NCBI RefSeq assembly: GCF_037042905.1
Contig: NC_087249.1
Coordinates: 7,256,001-7,320,000 of the forward strand
DNA from: Lytechinus pictus
Lineage: Eukaryota
Length of the DNA: 64,000 nt
Direction: 5' to 3'
The position numbers and the translations under genes were made by a program. Positions 27,372-40,975 of this stretch are shown piece after piece. The stretch's first letter is position 1; every line of letters starts with the position of its first letter. The notes beneath the pieces were generated by a model. That model ran no database searches. It saw only the letters and a program-made list of their open reading frames with translations, and had not been told where the DNA came from.

Positions 27372-29220
27372 CTAGTATGAAGACAAATTGATAAAACATT
27401 AATGTAAAAGAAAGTAGTTGCACTTGCAACAAACAATTATTTCATGAGAAAGTCTTCAAAATCAAGGTTAATTGCCACAATATTATCACAGATCTAGATC
27501 TGGTGCATTGAAATAAACTTACATGTATCTTTGTGTAATCATGAAATTTTAGTTGAAAACCCAAATTCTGATGATCACTGACACAAAATGACATATTACT
27601 AGGAAAAATACCCGACATTTTATGGAATACCGTGCTTATTTTGCTCATATCTCAGCAATTACACATTTTTCCAAGAGTTATTGGCACAATTTTTTTATTT
27701 ATACATACAAACACTTGGATGGTCATTATATTAGATTCTGTTTGAACTCATTTTGAGATCGTTACCACAACTGGCATTTATCTTTAATAAAATGAACAAA
27801 TTCAAAAGGGAATACTTAATTAAATAGTAGCTTATAAACTCTTTTGTACTGCAAAAAAATTATAATCTGCAACTGCTACAACTTTGTCAAAATGAAATTA
27901 GCAATATAATACTTCTAATGTATTAAGATGATTCAAAATAAATTTACATATCCATTCAAGATAGCGACCAGTTCTATGAAACGTTCACAAGTCTAATCCA
28001 AAATGTTTCAGTAAACAGAAATATGGAGAGAAAGTCTTTGAAATTAATAGCTATTACAGCATTATAGTGCGTTTTGACATAATTAAAAGCAAGACAAACT
28101 TGTCAAATGATAAAAAAAAGTAAAATACAAATATCAACTAGTGCTGATAGCAGTGATGCAGATGATCATAAGTGAGCATGCCCATTGACTTATGTCACAG
28201 AAAAAGACATGTAAAAAATGTTAGGAACGTCTTGCCTATTTTGCTACCATTGTTGACTGACACATGTCATTTACTCATGGATAGAAAAAAATTGTGATTA
28301 TTCCATCAGATTCAGTTACAATCCATTTCACGATTTACACCACTTCTGAATAAATTTTAGAGATTTATGGGTATTCTATCGAAAAGCCTATTGATTTCCT
28401 GAAATATATTTGTATAAACTGTCCAAGAGGTTACGCTTATGACGGTTTCATCATACAAGACCTGGGGGGTTCACAAAGATTTAAGTATTACTTAGAATTT
28501 CACTTAAATGCCTAGTTGTGTGCTATATAAAAGGCATCACCGCATATGGCCAGATCATGCCATGAGGACGCGCACTACTGCATATCAATCAATAAGATTG
28601 CGTATTGCGTATCATATACACGTCAGCATTTACAGGTAAAAGACAGTAGTTGCATCAAACAATTATGAGAAAGTCTTTTAAATCAAGGTTAATTGTCAAA
28701 ATCCTATCATACATCTAGATCTGGTACATTAATGTAAACTTATCTTTGTAAAATCATAGCTCAAAATCGATAATTCTGATGATCACTAACACTGAAAAGC
28801 ATACATGGGACAGTGTATTAATATTGTTTCGAAAAATACCCAACATTTGATGGAATTCCGTACTTATTTTTCTCATTTCTCAGCAATAACGCATTATCTT
28901 CCAGAGCTATTTGGCACATATTTTTTCTTTAAACATACAAACACTTTGGTGGTAATTCCATTGGATTCTGTTCGAACTCATTTTGAGATCGTTACCACAA
29001 CTGGTATTTAACTTTAAGTGTGACTCTAAGTCATACTTTGTGAACCCCCCCCCCCCCCGAGGGTGTTTCATGAAACATTCTCTGTCAGTGGTTTCACCTA
29101 CTTATCTGTTCTGAGCCAATCAGATGCATGGATTTCAGTAGCTTGTAACACTTGCCAATGAAAGTCACTGATTATTCATTTCATGAAATACTCCCCAGGG
29201 ATCCCTGAGGCCTTATTTAC

Positions 29221-29370
29221 CTCAGTGGCTTTGCATCGTCTGCAAGGGTCCATGAGAAGGAGCCCTTTGAGAAGGTTCAAGAGGTCATCGGTAGCGGCAG
29301 TGAAGATATCCCGCAGAGGAGTACCAGGAAACTTCTTGAACTCAATATAGTCTGCTAGGGCTGACATGTT
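29221..29370 (-). CDS. CDK7: CDK7 exon 8 (NMSALADYIEFKKFPGTPLRDIFTAATDDLLNLLKGLLLMDPCRRCKATE)
   Basis: AG/GT boundaries, 150 nt; subdomain XI. Confidence 0.95.
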
Positions 29371-29384
29371 CTGTCCAAAAAAAA

Positions 29385-29760
29385 TATCAGATTCAGATTC
29401 AATTCTTTCACACCTCTTTAAAAATACACAAAAATACATACATGTAAATACAAATAAATTGCTTATAAAACAAAACAGGTATTTACAAGTACATGTACAT
29501 AGTATAAATAATTATAAACAGATAATAAGGAACAATGATCACCACTGCAAGGCGGATGTGAGGGAAAGACAGAAAGCCATTGGCCTTTCAAAGTCTATCC
29601 CCCTAATTCTTAATTCCCATAAAGGGACTTACACAATTTACAAACAAAAACAAACACAATGCAAAGAAAATTAAAAAAACAGGAAGAAAATAGTCTTAAT
29701 TAGCAGCGGAGGGGGGAGGGTGGATTAAACATTCAAAATATCACCAATTATAGCTAAAAC
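29385..29760 (-). mobile_element. CR1-type 3'UTR/tail fragment; similar remnants at about 13800-14120 (-) and 51380-51688 (+)
   Basis: Short-repeat tails (gaatct, gaattt, gaattg) preceded by a T-rich stretch and a stem-loop such as ggggatccac...gtggatcccc. Confidence 0.55.
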
Positions 29761-31020
29761 TGTTGGGCTGACAATTTGGGCATAGTCCCATACATGTACA
29801 TGCCTTTCTGGATTCCGCGCATAGTGCATGTATACTTAAAGAAAAAACATATTTATCCTTTTGTCAATTCTATTGCTTCTCCAGTAATCACCAGGACTTA
29901 GATGCATTACACAGCATCTCACCGTCAGTTTGAGACATCTCTCCATTTTTAATATTCCAATTCAATTTAAAATCAATGTGGCACTAGCATCCCTGGGCAA
30001 GCTCTGGATCTACATGTGCTACTCTCCATCCAAGTGTCACTTGCATAGCAAAAAAATGCAACAGTGAATATAGTTTCACAGGATTTTGAGTTCCTTACAC
30101 AGTGACTGGTTGATATAATAATTATAACAATAATAGATGGGATTTGTAACGCGCCAAATCCACTCACTCAGGGTGTAAAAAATGCACATGGAAAGCAGCC
30201 TATTAAAGCTGAAACCTTTGACCAAGGTAATACAGTCAATACTTTTTCTAGTGACCACTTATATAGAGATGCAACCTGTCTACTCGAGACCACAAAGTTG
30301 GCTTCCCTTGAATGTTATTCCCCATTGAAACATGCACTACAGGGGCTTGCCTATATAGACCACCTGATTATAAAGACCATTTTTCTTGGGTAAATTGCCA
30401 ATTCATATACCGCCAACTCGTCCACTCACCACATGGTCTACCTCAACATTTTGTCTAACAACCATTTGGTCCAATCATCACTTTGTCTAATCACCAGTTC
30501 GTCTATGAACATTTCGTCTCATAACCAGTTGGTCTAATATCCGTTTTGTTTTCATTCATTTTGTCCAATTAACACCAAGTCCAATCAGACCAAATGGCAT
30601 ATGGACTAAATAGCTACTGGGCCAACTGGTTATTAGACGAAATGGTGAGTGGATGAGATGGCAATTTGGACCATGTGGATAGTGGATGAACTGATGGTAG
30701 ACCAAATGATAGTAGACGAGTTGTTAATTGGACAAGTTGGCATTAGACCAATTGGAAATAAACCTTTTCTTGTATCCCGTTGGTGCTCTTTATATACAGG
30801 TGCCAGTGAAGAGAGGAGCCTGTAAAGACTAACTGCTTAGAAAGATAGATTTTCATGTCTCCCTTGGGCTGGCTTAGGTCTGACAGAATTTCTTTTCTAA
30901 AAAGCTTATGATCAATGTCAAAAGTGCAATCTAATTGCTAGGTTATCATCATCGATTACAAATACACCACCTGTAGATTGGTCTTTATAAAAAATTAATT
31001 GGACAAGCGGTAGTTCTTAC

Positions 31021-31207
31021 CGGCCATTCTTCTTCTGATGGCGTCCCTATCGTCTGGAAAATCCTGCTTAACTGGTCCAGATCCGATTCTCCAGGGAGGA
31101 ACGGGACCCGAAGGAGTAGTTCTGCTAGGATGCACCCCATGGCCCACATGTCCACACCTGTGCCGTAGATCCTCGCCCCAAACAACAGCTCTGGACATCT
31201 GTACCAC
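31021..31207 (-). CDS. CDK7: CDK7 exon 7 ([62 protein letters not shown])
   Basis: AG/GT boundaries, 187 nt, phase-compatible with exon 6; kinase subdomains VIII-X. Confidence 0.97.
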
Positions 31208-31665
31208 CTGGAATGACAAGTGAATAATTCACATTCAATTCGAGTCAATTCAAAATGGTTTACCATATATAGATAAAAACTTCAATCACTACATGGAGCT
31301 GAATGACAAAAGTTTTGACAATAAAAAAAACATACATTACATGTATATATCATTTAACTGAAACCAATAGGACATAAACAAACTGTACAATATAACACAA
31401 CATAATATGAAAGGACAAACAGACAGTTATTACATAGCATAAGATAAACAAAAATATTGGTGATGGTATGTCTCATAAAACAAATAAATACAAAATCAAC
31501 AGATAAGTATTTGCTTTATATTTCCCATCTGAAATTATTCATCTACACAAGAAAAGATGAGAACTTCTCTTTGAAAAAATAGACATCTACATTAGGCATG
31601 TTTCTACAGAGAATCGTTAAAAACTGTTTATCTTTTCCCCCAATAAAAAATTGTATCGCCCTTAA

Positions 31666-32435
31666 CCCTAATTCTCCCGGGGGGGGGGGGCCATAATGGC
31701 CCCCCCCTCGACAATTTTCGCGATATATCCGCTGCGCAAATTTTTTTGACCTCGCCACTCACTGACTTTTTACTTTCAAGTCTCGCGCAAATTTTGAGAC
31801 CAAATTTGTGACGACCGGATACGCGGTTACGACATTACGCAACATTATGTAAGTGCATGTCAGACCCAAAATTGCTCACAAACGTGATTTCATGTACAAA
31901 TCCAATGCAAATTGTGTATTTAGCCAAAATTCATAAATGTATCATTATTTCTACTTTTACTGATTGAATTTAATCAATTTTGCCTTGCTTATGATCAGAA
32001 TTAAGTCTGGAACGATTTCCATTGAAAAAACAATAAAAAAACAAAAAAGTAAAAAAAACAAGGAAATACATAAGAAATTCATAAAACAATAAAATACATA
32101 AGAAATTGATTTCCAAACTGAAGTTTTTTTTAATTGCGATTGTTAAGAATGCTACAAAGAATATTTTAACCAAAAATTAGCATTCTAGGAGCTTTATTTA
32201 GTGAATTAGAGCAAAAAGTATGATTTATGCATAAATTAGCATAATTAATTCATATAAAATAAAATCTCATTATTTTGGAAAATTTTACCATACAGCCTTG
32301 TAGATTACATCGCACACAACCAGCGTGCAAATTTTTGCGTCGCTCGAGCGATTAGCGGCCGAGATCTTAAGGGGGGGCCATAATGGCCCCCCCCCCCGGA
32401 ATGACAAGAATCAAAATACCCCGGGAGATTGAGGG
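31666..32435. mobile_element. piggyBac-like MITE (CDK7 intron 6)
   Basis: TTAA|ccct ... aggg|TTAA; interior is the reverse complement of 40214-40975. Confidence 0.9.
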
Positions 32436-33479
32436 TTAAACCAACCTGTTTCAACAGAGCGAATAATCTGATTAACTCACATTGCAGAACAAGGCAATAA
32501 CCACCTCCAAGAGGTGGTTATGAGAAACTGTATTTTGCGTGATGCAGTTTATCAATAAACCGCATCACGTCTGTTTCTACAGGGAAGTTTTCCGGAATTC
32601 TGGATACTTACGCAGGTAATACCGTTTAACGATTCTCTGTAGAAACATGCCGATTGTAGGCCTAAATTCACTGAAAGCAGTTTAAACCATGGAGTGTACT
32701 GTTAAAGGCTTGATGTGAACATAAGTTTCTACAAGTATGAATGTTAACAATGCATGCTTATCTACACTTGAATACTTGGCCTTAAAAAATGTAATCACCA
32801 ATGTCAGGGTTCCCAGCTTTTCAAGAAAAAAAAATTCCCTGATGAAGTTTAAAATTAACTGATAATTATTGAAATCTACATGTATTCCCAGTTTCGCATG
32901 TTTTCTAAGTCATTACAGTGAATTACATGTATCGTCAGTATAAAGACAATAATGTAAAACTAATTAGTACCGCATAACCACTCATTTATTGGATGTTGTT
33001 TTGATATGCAACATAATATAACAGAGTCTGACTGATTACCGTGCTTTAGACCTTTGGGCTGATCAAAATCCCTGATTTTTCCCTCATTTGAGGCATTTTC
33101 CCCTGATTTGAGGTATCTTTAAATCAAATTCCCAGATTTTTCCCTGACTGGAAGTAAAATAATTTTCCCTGATGGGCTGGGAACCCTGAATCTTACCTTT
33201 GCACTTCTAACTCAGCAGATAAACAAATTTTCAAATACAAGTAGGATAAATCAAATGCTGCATTGGACACTATGGACCAGAGAGGTCGGTGAATAAGAAA
33301 CAAGCACTGTTTTCAATGCATTAATATAATTCCTCCTCCGATGACAAGATTTTGACTTTGCACACACAAAAACCCTTCAAAGTATGAAATAGAAAAACAG
33401 TATAGTAATATGCGATTTCTTAGAACTCATCATTCTGCAAACTGTGCTACATGTATGATAGAACTGGTGCTACACGTAC

Positions 33480-33598
33480 CTTGTTACGACTTGATGTGTG
33501 TATATCCTATTGGGACTGCCATAAAACTTTGCAAGACCAAAATCACCAATCTTCAGCACCCCGCCCTCATCAAGCAGTAAATTGTTTGGCTTCATATC
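33480..33598 (-). CDS. CDK7: CDK7 exon 6 ([39 protein letters not shown])
   Basis: AG/GT boundaries, 119 nt; catalytic loop, DFG, and T-loop with the residues equivalent to human S164/T170. Confidence 0.97.
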
Positions 33599-33670
33599 CT
33601 GTGGAAGCAATTCATCACAAACATGCCAGTAATGTGTCAGCTTACATAAAGAAAGCACACGTTACATAGT

Positions 33671-33707
<37 letters not shown>

Positions 33708-33714
33708 ACTACTG

Positions 33715-33768
<54 letters not shown>

Positions 33769-33770
33769 TA
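33671..33770. repeat. (CTG)n(CTA)n compound microsatellite at the 3' end of the adjacent minus-strand SINE
   Basis: Read directly from the sequence; abuts the SINE at 33790-34060. Confidence 0.93.
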
Positions 33771-35467
33771 ATAATTTAGAAATTATCAATAAAGCGCACT
33801 TTGAGAGATCTCTAAGTGCTCCTCATTAGTCTCTAGTACTTTCCAATAATGAAGCCTAATTACCCTGGCTTTAGTAATTTAGCTGTTAAGCGCTGCCGCT
33901 TCTAGGAATAAAATCCTGCCCGATACCCATTTACCTCACCTGGGTTGAGTGCAGCACAATGTGGGTAAATTTCCTGATGATGTAATATAACGCCATGGCC
34001 GGGACTCAAACCCACAACCCTGTTTTAAAGGCAAGAGTCAGCACCACAAGACCACGGTGCTCCCTCCATTATTATCCATTTTACAAAAATATTGAAACTT
34101 ATTTAATTATAATTGCATAACATACTGGTGAGCTGTTTGCATGTGATATCACTAAATGAAAACTTGAACGAGATAGATTCTCACTTCTAGGCTCCCACCA
34201 TTGCCAAGTCTGAAATGGACACGCATTTTATAGTTAACTTCTAAAATTGTCAAGAAAATCATTATCTCATCATATGGTCATTCCCATAAAATTTAATTGA
34301 GATTTCATATATTGGATCTGCAAATTATCAATATTGAGGAAACAAGCAATGACCTCTACAAAATTTGACCTTGTGACCCCCCCAATCACATTAACTGTCA
34401 CTCTCAAATGGGTAAATTGTCAGTTCGTCTATCGCCAACTCGTCTACTCTTCACATGGTCTACATGTACCTTCATTTAGTCTAATGCCATTCCTTCTAAC
34501 AACATTTGGTCTAACAACCATTTGGTCTAATCATCACTTCGTCTAATCACTAGTTTGTCTATAACCATTTCGTCTTATGACCAGTAATTTGGTCTAATAT
34601 CCATTTTATCTTCATTCCTTTCGCCCAATTAGATCAAATGGCATATGGACTAAATGGTTATTGGACCAAATGGTTATTAGACGAAATGGTGAGTGGACGA
34701 AATGGAAATCGGACCATGTAGATAGTGGAGGAACTGATGGTATACCAAATGATAGTAGAAGAGTTGGTAATTGGACGAATTGGCATTAGACCAATTGAAA
34801 ATAAACCCTCAAATGCACACATGAATAATATTTTTAATTTGATTCATCTAACAGTTTTTATTTATCATGAGAGCAAGCCGGTTATAATAACATATGTGAC
34901 ATTTGACCTTTGAGAGTATTAATCAAACTCTGAACACATCACTATCACTCCCATATGCATACATTAGCCATGTTTAAAGTTGATCAGTCAAAGGTTCTTT
35001 ATTTATCATAAGAACAAGCCATTTTTACATACACAATGGCCACTTTGAGCTTGACCTTTGACCTTGTAACCCCTAAAATCATATGTGATCATCTCCACTT
35101 CAATATGTATACATGTGACAAGTTTGAAGTTGATCCATCAAAAGTTCTTCATTTATGGGAAGAAAATATTAAAGGTGTGACATTTGACCTCGTGACCCAA
35201 AGTCCAGTTTCCTTTAGTCTTCTATGCAAATATGGACCAGGTTTTAGGACAAACCATCAAACGTATTTTTTTTAAGCTATCCTGACAACATAAATAAGAC
35301 AGATGGATGGATGGCCTGCAAATTCACAAAGCCTCTGGCAAGTACCTACAGTGGGCAGAGGCATGAAATTTATATAACCTTCATAGAACGTTTCGTCAAT
35401 TTCTCTGTTTTTACTCAAAACCAACTAATTTTTGGGTTAACTTCCCCTTAAATCATAGCAATCTCAC

Positions 35468-35578
35468 CCTATGTAAGATCCAATTGGAATGGAGATACTC
35501 TAGACCTCTTAATGCCATCATCGTATAGGCCTTGATGTGGGCGGGTGTCAATACCAAGCTGCTTTCCTTTATGATCAC
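35468..35578 (-). CDS. CDK7: CDK7 exon 5 ([37 protein letters not shown])
   Basis: AG/GT boundaries, 111 nt; GLEYLH...WILHR. Confidence 0.96.
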
Positions 35579-36734
35579 CTGTAAACAAAAATACAAAACA
35601 TAAACAAAAATATTGAATCCATCACAAATGGAACAATCTCCCAGGCTCAGCTGTCAATGCAGATTCGCCTGAACATTTTCACAACATTCTGATAAACCGT
35701 TTTTAAAGTAAAGTATATCCCTCCGCATGCATGCAATGTGTTCATGAGAGATGTTTGATAGTAATCGGCTGCAGAGCATTTGGCAAAAGCGAATCTAGAG
35801 GAAAAGAAGAAGTTATTGCCGGTGTAGCGGCGGATCCGATGCTAGGCAGATATGATTCTTGAACACTATCTGCTGGCGGATCATGTTCCAACTACGGCAG
35901 ATTCAGAACTAATTTCTCCTCGGCAGATATCATTCTTGCTATCGTTTCTTGATCTGCACGCAAACGGTACCCATTTCCTTCAAAATCATATAGGACTATT
36001 TTTATTTACTTTTTTAATAGGAAAATAAATAATAAGAAAATCAAACTGCCGCAACCCGGCAGATATGGTTCCAAGTAAAGAATGATATCTACCATTTAGA
36101 ACGATACCTGATCTGCTGCTACACCGGACAAGATGCACTTCATGACAAATTTAATATCCCCGTCAAGCAAATAAGCTGCTCCCTTCATTTAGAATCTATA
36201 CCATATTTCTATATTTTATTGTCATCACCTTGTTTATTCATGTTTTTAATCATTATTGTAATTCACTATTATCCATTTTATGACAAAAAGTTGGAAATGG
36301 ACTGCTTGTACGAATTCAGACAAATGAATACAGATGAGTTTATAGTCAATTGGCATAGAGAACATATACAGCCTTGTATAGCGCCCCCTTACATCCTCAA
36401 CTTCTCACATCTGGCCAGGTTCCTATCCCATAATGCAACATTCTTAGCAGTTTAGTCTTGTAATATAGGCCCTCTTATTGACAACATACTAATCCACTAT
36501 GGTACTCAACACATTCATGCCGTAATATTCATGTTAACAAGAGGCAAAACAAATACTTTCAATTAAAATCATATCAGTTTCTCTATGCAAATGAAATCAT
36601 ATGCTAATGTATTCACTGTATAAATGGAATAATTTAAGACTAGCTATTCACAACACAATGTCAATAAGAGGTCACAAACAGTTTTTGTCTGTTTGCTCCC
36701 CTTTAATCCAATACAATCTAAATAATAATAACAT

Positions 36735-38462
36735 TCTGCTTTTATATAGCACTTAATACATCAGAATGTCTCTGAGCACTTTAGATTATATTATTACAAC
36801 CAGTAATCGGAACCTGGCATGCCCGCACACAATGGCCCGTATTCTGAACTCAACTTTAAATTAAACCATGGTTTAAAGTTGTGGTTTAACTATGGAGAGC
36901 CAATTGGGGCACAAATCCCTAACAGTACACATCCAATTTATTAACTCATATGACACCCAAATTGTCTGGGAATGACAAAGATGTATTTTGAAGTATTTTT
37001 CATCATTATGAAAGCAAAAGGAAGCAAAATAGTAAACATATCAAATATCCAATATAAAAAGAATGTTAGAATTTTTGGCTCCCCATAATTTTAGCACAGA
37101 CTTAGACCGTGGTCTAAGTTAAACCTGACTTCAGAATACGGGCCAATGTATACACCATCTCCAATCCCTGAGGAGCATTCCAACAAGCAGGGATGCCACT
37201 AGGTGTCCTCCAAAAATACTGAAACTTATTGCGGGCCGGGACAGTGTCCAAGAAATTTTTTTTTAGGGGGGTCCACCTTAAATTTTGGGATGGACACATG
37301 TCACAGGTAAATCATTGGACAAGCAAAAAAAAAAAAAAAAAAAAAAAATTTGGAGGGGGGGTACGCCCCCACCTCAAATTTAGGGGAGGGGGGAGGACCA
37401 AGTGGCTTCTTCCCTTTTTGTGATCGAAGACTTTGAAGTCAATTAGGTTTGAAAAACTGACGGTAGTTAGTTGTGTGTTTCTCATAGAACGCTAGACCAA
37501 AAGCTTCAGTCTCTGTATTTTGGTTGTTCAGCTGAACCGCGTTGGCTCCACTCACCAATACATAGACTGAAGAGTTGTTGGCCCGTACATTAAGACAACG
37601 TATCAGCTAACCCAGGGAGCTCCGGCCCGCTTTCCGGGCCGGAGCTCCCTGGGTTCCGTATCAGCATGCAGCAGTAACGTTAGATCTAACATTCGGTGGA
37701 AACCCGATTTTCGGATCGTTTTTGGTACATAAAATGTCACATTATAAAAAAATAATTACATCCAAACTTACGAGAAAATATATAAAATTCAGAAACATCG
37801 TACCTTAGACCGCAGTTACCGCTCATTCCTTTCAAATGATGATAAAAACTTAGTCATCCTTGATTCCTTCGTATTTACCAGTCGCTATTATACCACGATT
37901 CGTGCCGCTGCTTTGCGCTTGTCTACATGTATGTGCGTGCGTTCGAAACTTGTCGCTCGCATTGATTGGTCAGGATATCGATAATTCTAATCAGAAAGCC
38001 TTGATAAAAGCGTAACTCAATGAACGTAGTAGGCAGTGCGCGCGTTCATAAATTACGTACTGTATAAAAGCAAATATCTCGGATAAATATCTCTCACTCG
38101 GTTGATCGACATGTATCGCAATCGGGAGAAATAGGGGGAAAAAAAGGAGGACTTTCCGGGTTTTTTTAATACACAGAAAACAGGAAAAGTCGGAAATACG
38201 GAAATAAGACAGATAGCAGGAAAAAAGCCGGAATTCCGTATAAATACCGAAAAGTGGCATCCCTGAACAAGAGTTCCAAAACTCAATTGCTAGGCATAGT
38301 ATATACAGGCTTTCGCATCCTACCAGGTACTCATTTTACACCTCAGTGGAGAGTGGCAAAGTGCGGATTGATGCCTTGCCAAAGGATGCTAGGCTGCGGT
38401 GGGATTCGAACACACGACCCTCTGATTACAAGGCGAGAGTAAGAACCGCTACACCACGACGC
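36735..38462 (-). mobile_element. tRNA-derived SINE split by two nested DNA elements
   Basis: Head (gcgtcgtggtgtagcgg...gttcgaatccc) at 38400-38462; body resumes at 37145-37187 and 36735-36833 once the insertions are removed. Confidence 0.75.
37188..38265. mobile_element. TIR element inserted in a SINE
   Basis: 13-bp TIR cagggatgccact / agtggcatccctg flanked by the direct repeat aacaag. Confidence 0.75.
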
Positions 38463-38566
38463 TTCCACGACCAGCCCCATTGAGAAGGGCAATAAAAAAA
38501 AAAATGATTTTGAAAATTTATTAGGTCAATGGTTAGATATATATAACATTGTAATCATATAGATAC

Positions 38567-38635
38567 CTCTAGGTCCGTCTCCATGAAGTCAAACACAAGG
38601 CTGATGTTGGATCGCTGACCAAAACAGTCAAGGAG
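38567..38635 (-). CDS. CDK7: CDK7 exon 4 (LLDCFGQRSNISLVFDFMETDLE)
   Basis: AG/GT boundaries, 69 nt; hinge region LVFDFMETDLE. Confidence 0.96.
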
Positions 38636-39620
38636 CTACAAAAAAAATCCAAAATATGCACTCTTGATTGGTTGCAAATCAAGTAAAATTTTATTTTAAT
38701 AAAGTACTGTGTCATTGTATGTCTGTTTAGCTAAGAAATACAGAGCTAATGTTTGGGAATGAATGGTCAGCTGCAACATAGAAGGATTACATGTAAATAA
38801 TAATCAATATTACAAATTGTGATGATGATGACAATGATGGTAATGATATTGATGATGATGTTGTTGGCAGGCCTTGTTAAATAATGATGATGATGATGAT
38901 GGTGATGAAGATGATGTGGAGGAGGAGAAGGATGATAACAGATTACATAAATAGCATTTATGCAACAATTTGAAGAGTTTGGAAAAAAATAATTAAAGGT
39001 CAAGTCCACCCAAGAAAACTGTTGATTTAAATAAACAGAGAAAAATCCAACAAGCATAACACTGAAAATTTCATCAAAATCGGATGTAAAATAAGAAAGT
39101 TATGACAATTTAAAGTTTCGCTTAATTTAACGAAACAGTTATATATGCACATCCTGGCTGGTATGCAAATGAGGAGACTATGACGTCATGCACTCACTAT
39201 TTCTTTTGTATTTTATTATAAGAAATATGTTGTCCTGTGAAACAAAGTTTTATTCCTCCCTGAACATGTGGTATTACCATTGTTTAATACTATATGGTTC
39301 AGTCAAGTTCGTCCTTATTGTCAAATCTATAAAAAATGAAATATTGTATAATTCAAACAACAAAAAACAAAAGAAATAGTGAGTGATGGACATCATCAAC
39401 TGACTCACCTAGTTGTGCATATCACTGTTTTGTGAAAAATAAGCGAAACTTTAAAATGTCATAACTTTCTGATTTACATCCGATTTTGATGAAATTTTCA
39501 GCACTATGCTAGTTAGATTTTTCTCCATTTATTCAAGTCAGCATTTTCCTGCGGTGGACTTGACCTTTAAAGAGAGGGATATATAATAAGGAGCAGAGAT
39601 CATGTAATAAAATAACTCAC

Positions 39621-39722
39621 TCCAATTATATTTTCATGCCTAAGTTCTTGGAGCAATTTGATTTCTCTGAGAGCCGTCCTGTTAATGCCATCTTGTGCTT
39701 CGGATCTATGCCCAAGTTTTAT
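39621..39722 (-). CDS. CDK7: CDK7 exon 3 ([34 protein letters not shown])
   Basis: AG/GT boundaries, 102 nt; NRTALRE helix is diagnostic of CDK7. Confidence 0.97.
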
Positions 39723-40213
39723 CTATGAAGGAGAAAGAGAATTATTTGAAAACATCATACTACAAGGTATTTGAATAGCATGATTACTGACAAAGCACCA
39801 ATAGGTGTTCTACATGATTGCATATGCTGTGTAGTGTGAGCGAAGCCGCATTGCACACTAAACACCCTTGAACTGGCAGGGCTTGTTTTTGGACTGATTC
39901 TCTTCATACACTGTACATGTATGTGACCAGCCAACCCAAAGCCAACAAAAAGTTGCCAAAAATGAATATTTCGATTTTTATTGGGTTTTAAAGGAACATC
40001 CTAAGCTTTAAAATGACATATCACTTGTAAAAATCCATCAACAATAACTTGATTGAATGCAGAAGAAACTAAGCGGGAGCTTAGTAAATCCAGCAGTAAA
40101 TCAGCAAAGTTGAATATTAAAAAATATATATTTATGGTCAATAGCACAGTCAGGGTGTGCAACTGTGTGACAAGTGAAATGTGAAAACCTGAAAATCACT
40201 TCTTTTGCTTTAA

Positions 40214-40975
40214 CCCTAACTAGGCCGGGCTTTTTTGGCTGTTCTGTGGCTGGGGGGGGGTTGATTCAACCCCCCCCTGAGATCTCAGCCGCCGATCGCG
40301 CGAGCGCCGCAAAAATTTGCACGCTGGTAGTGTGCGATGTAATCTACAATGCTGTATGGTAAAATTTTCCAAAATAATGAGATTTTATTTTATATGAATT
40401 AATTATGTTAATTTATGCATAAATCATACTTTTTGCTCTAATTCACTAAATAAAGCTCCTAGAATGATAATTTTTGGTAAAAATATTCTTTGTAGCATTC
40501 TTAACAATGGCAATTGAAAAAAACTTCGGTTTGGAAATCAATTTCTTATGTATTTTATTGTTTTATGAATTTCTTATGTATTTCCCTGTTTTTCACCCTT
40601 TTGTTTTTCTTTGTTTTTTTCACCAGATTTATTGCACAACCTTTTTGAAGCATAATTATGCTAAAATCAATTGCTTTCAGCTGTTTGAAGTAAAAATAAT
40701 CATATCTTTATGAATAAGATGAGAAAACTCAATTTGCATTGACTTTGTACACAAAATCACGTTTTGGAACAATTTTTGGTCTGACATGCACTTACAAAAT
40801 GTTGCGTAATTTCGGGACCGCGTACCCGGGCATCGTAAATTTGGTCTCAAAAGATGCGTGAGACTTAAAAGTATAAACTCTGTGAGTGGCGCGGTCAAAA
40901 AATTTCGCGCGGCGGAATGATCGCAGAAAATGTTGAGGGGGGGGTTGATTCAACCCCCCCCCGGCCATTTTAGGG
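40214..40975. mobile_element. piggyBac-like MITE (CDK7 intron 2), opposite orientation
   Basis: TTAA|ccctaa ... ttaggg|TTAA; shares its interior with 31666-32435 (also visible as twin spurious ORFs MVKIFFVAFLT). Confidence 0.9.
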
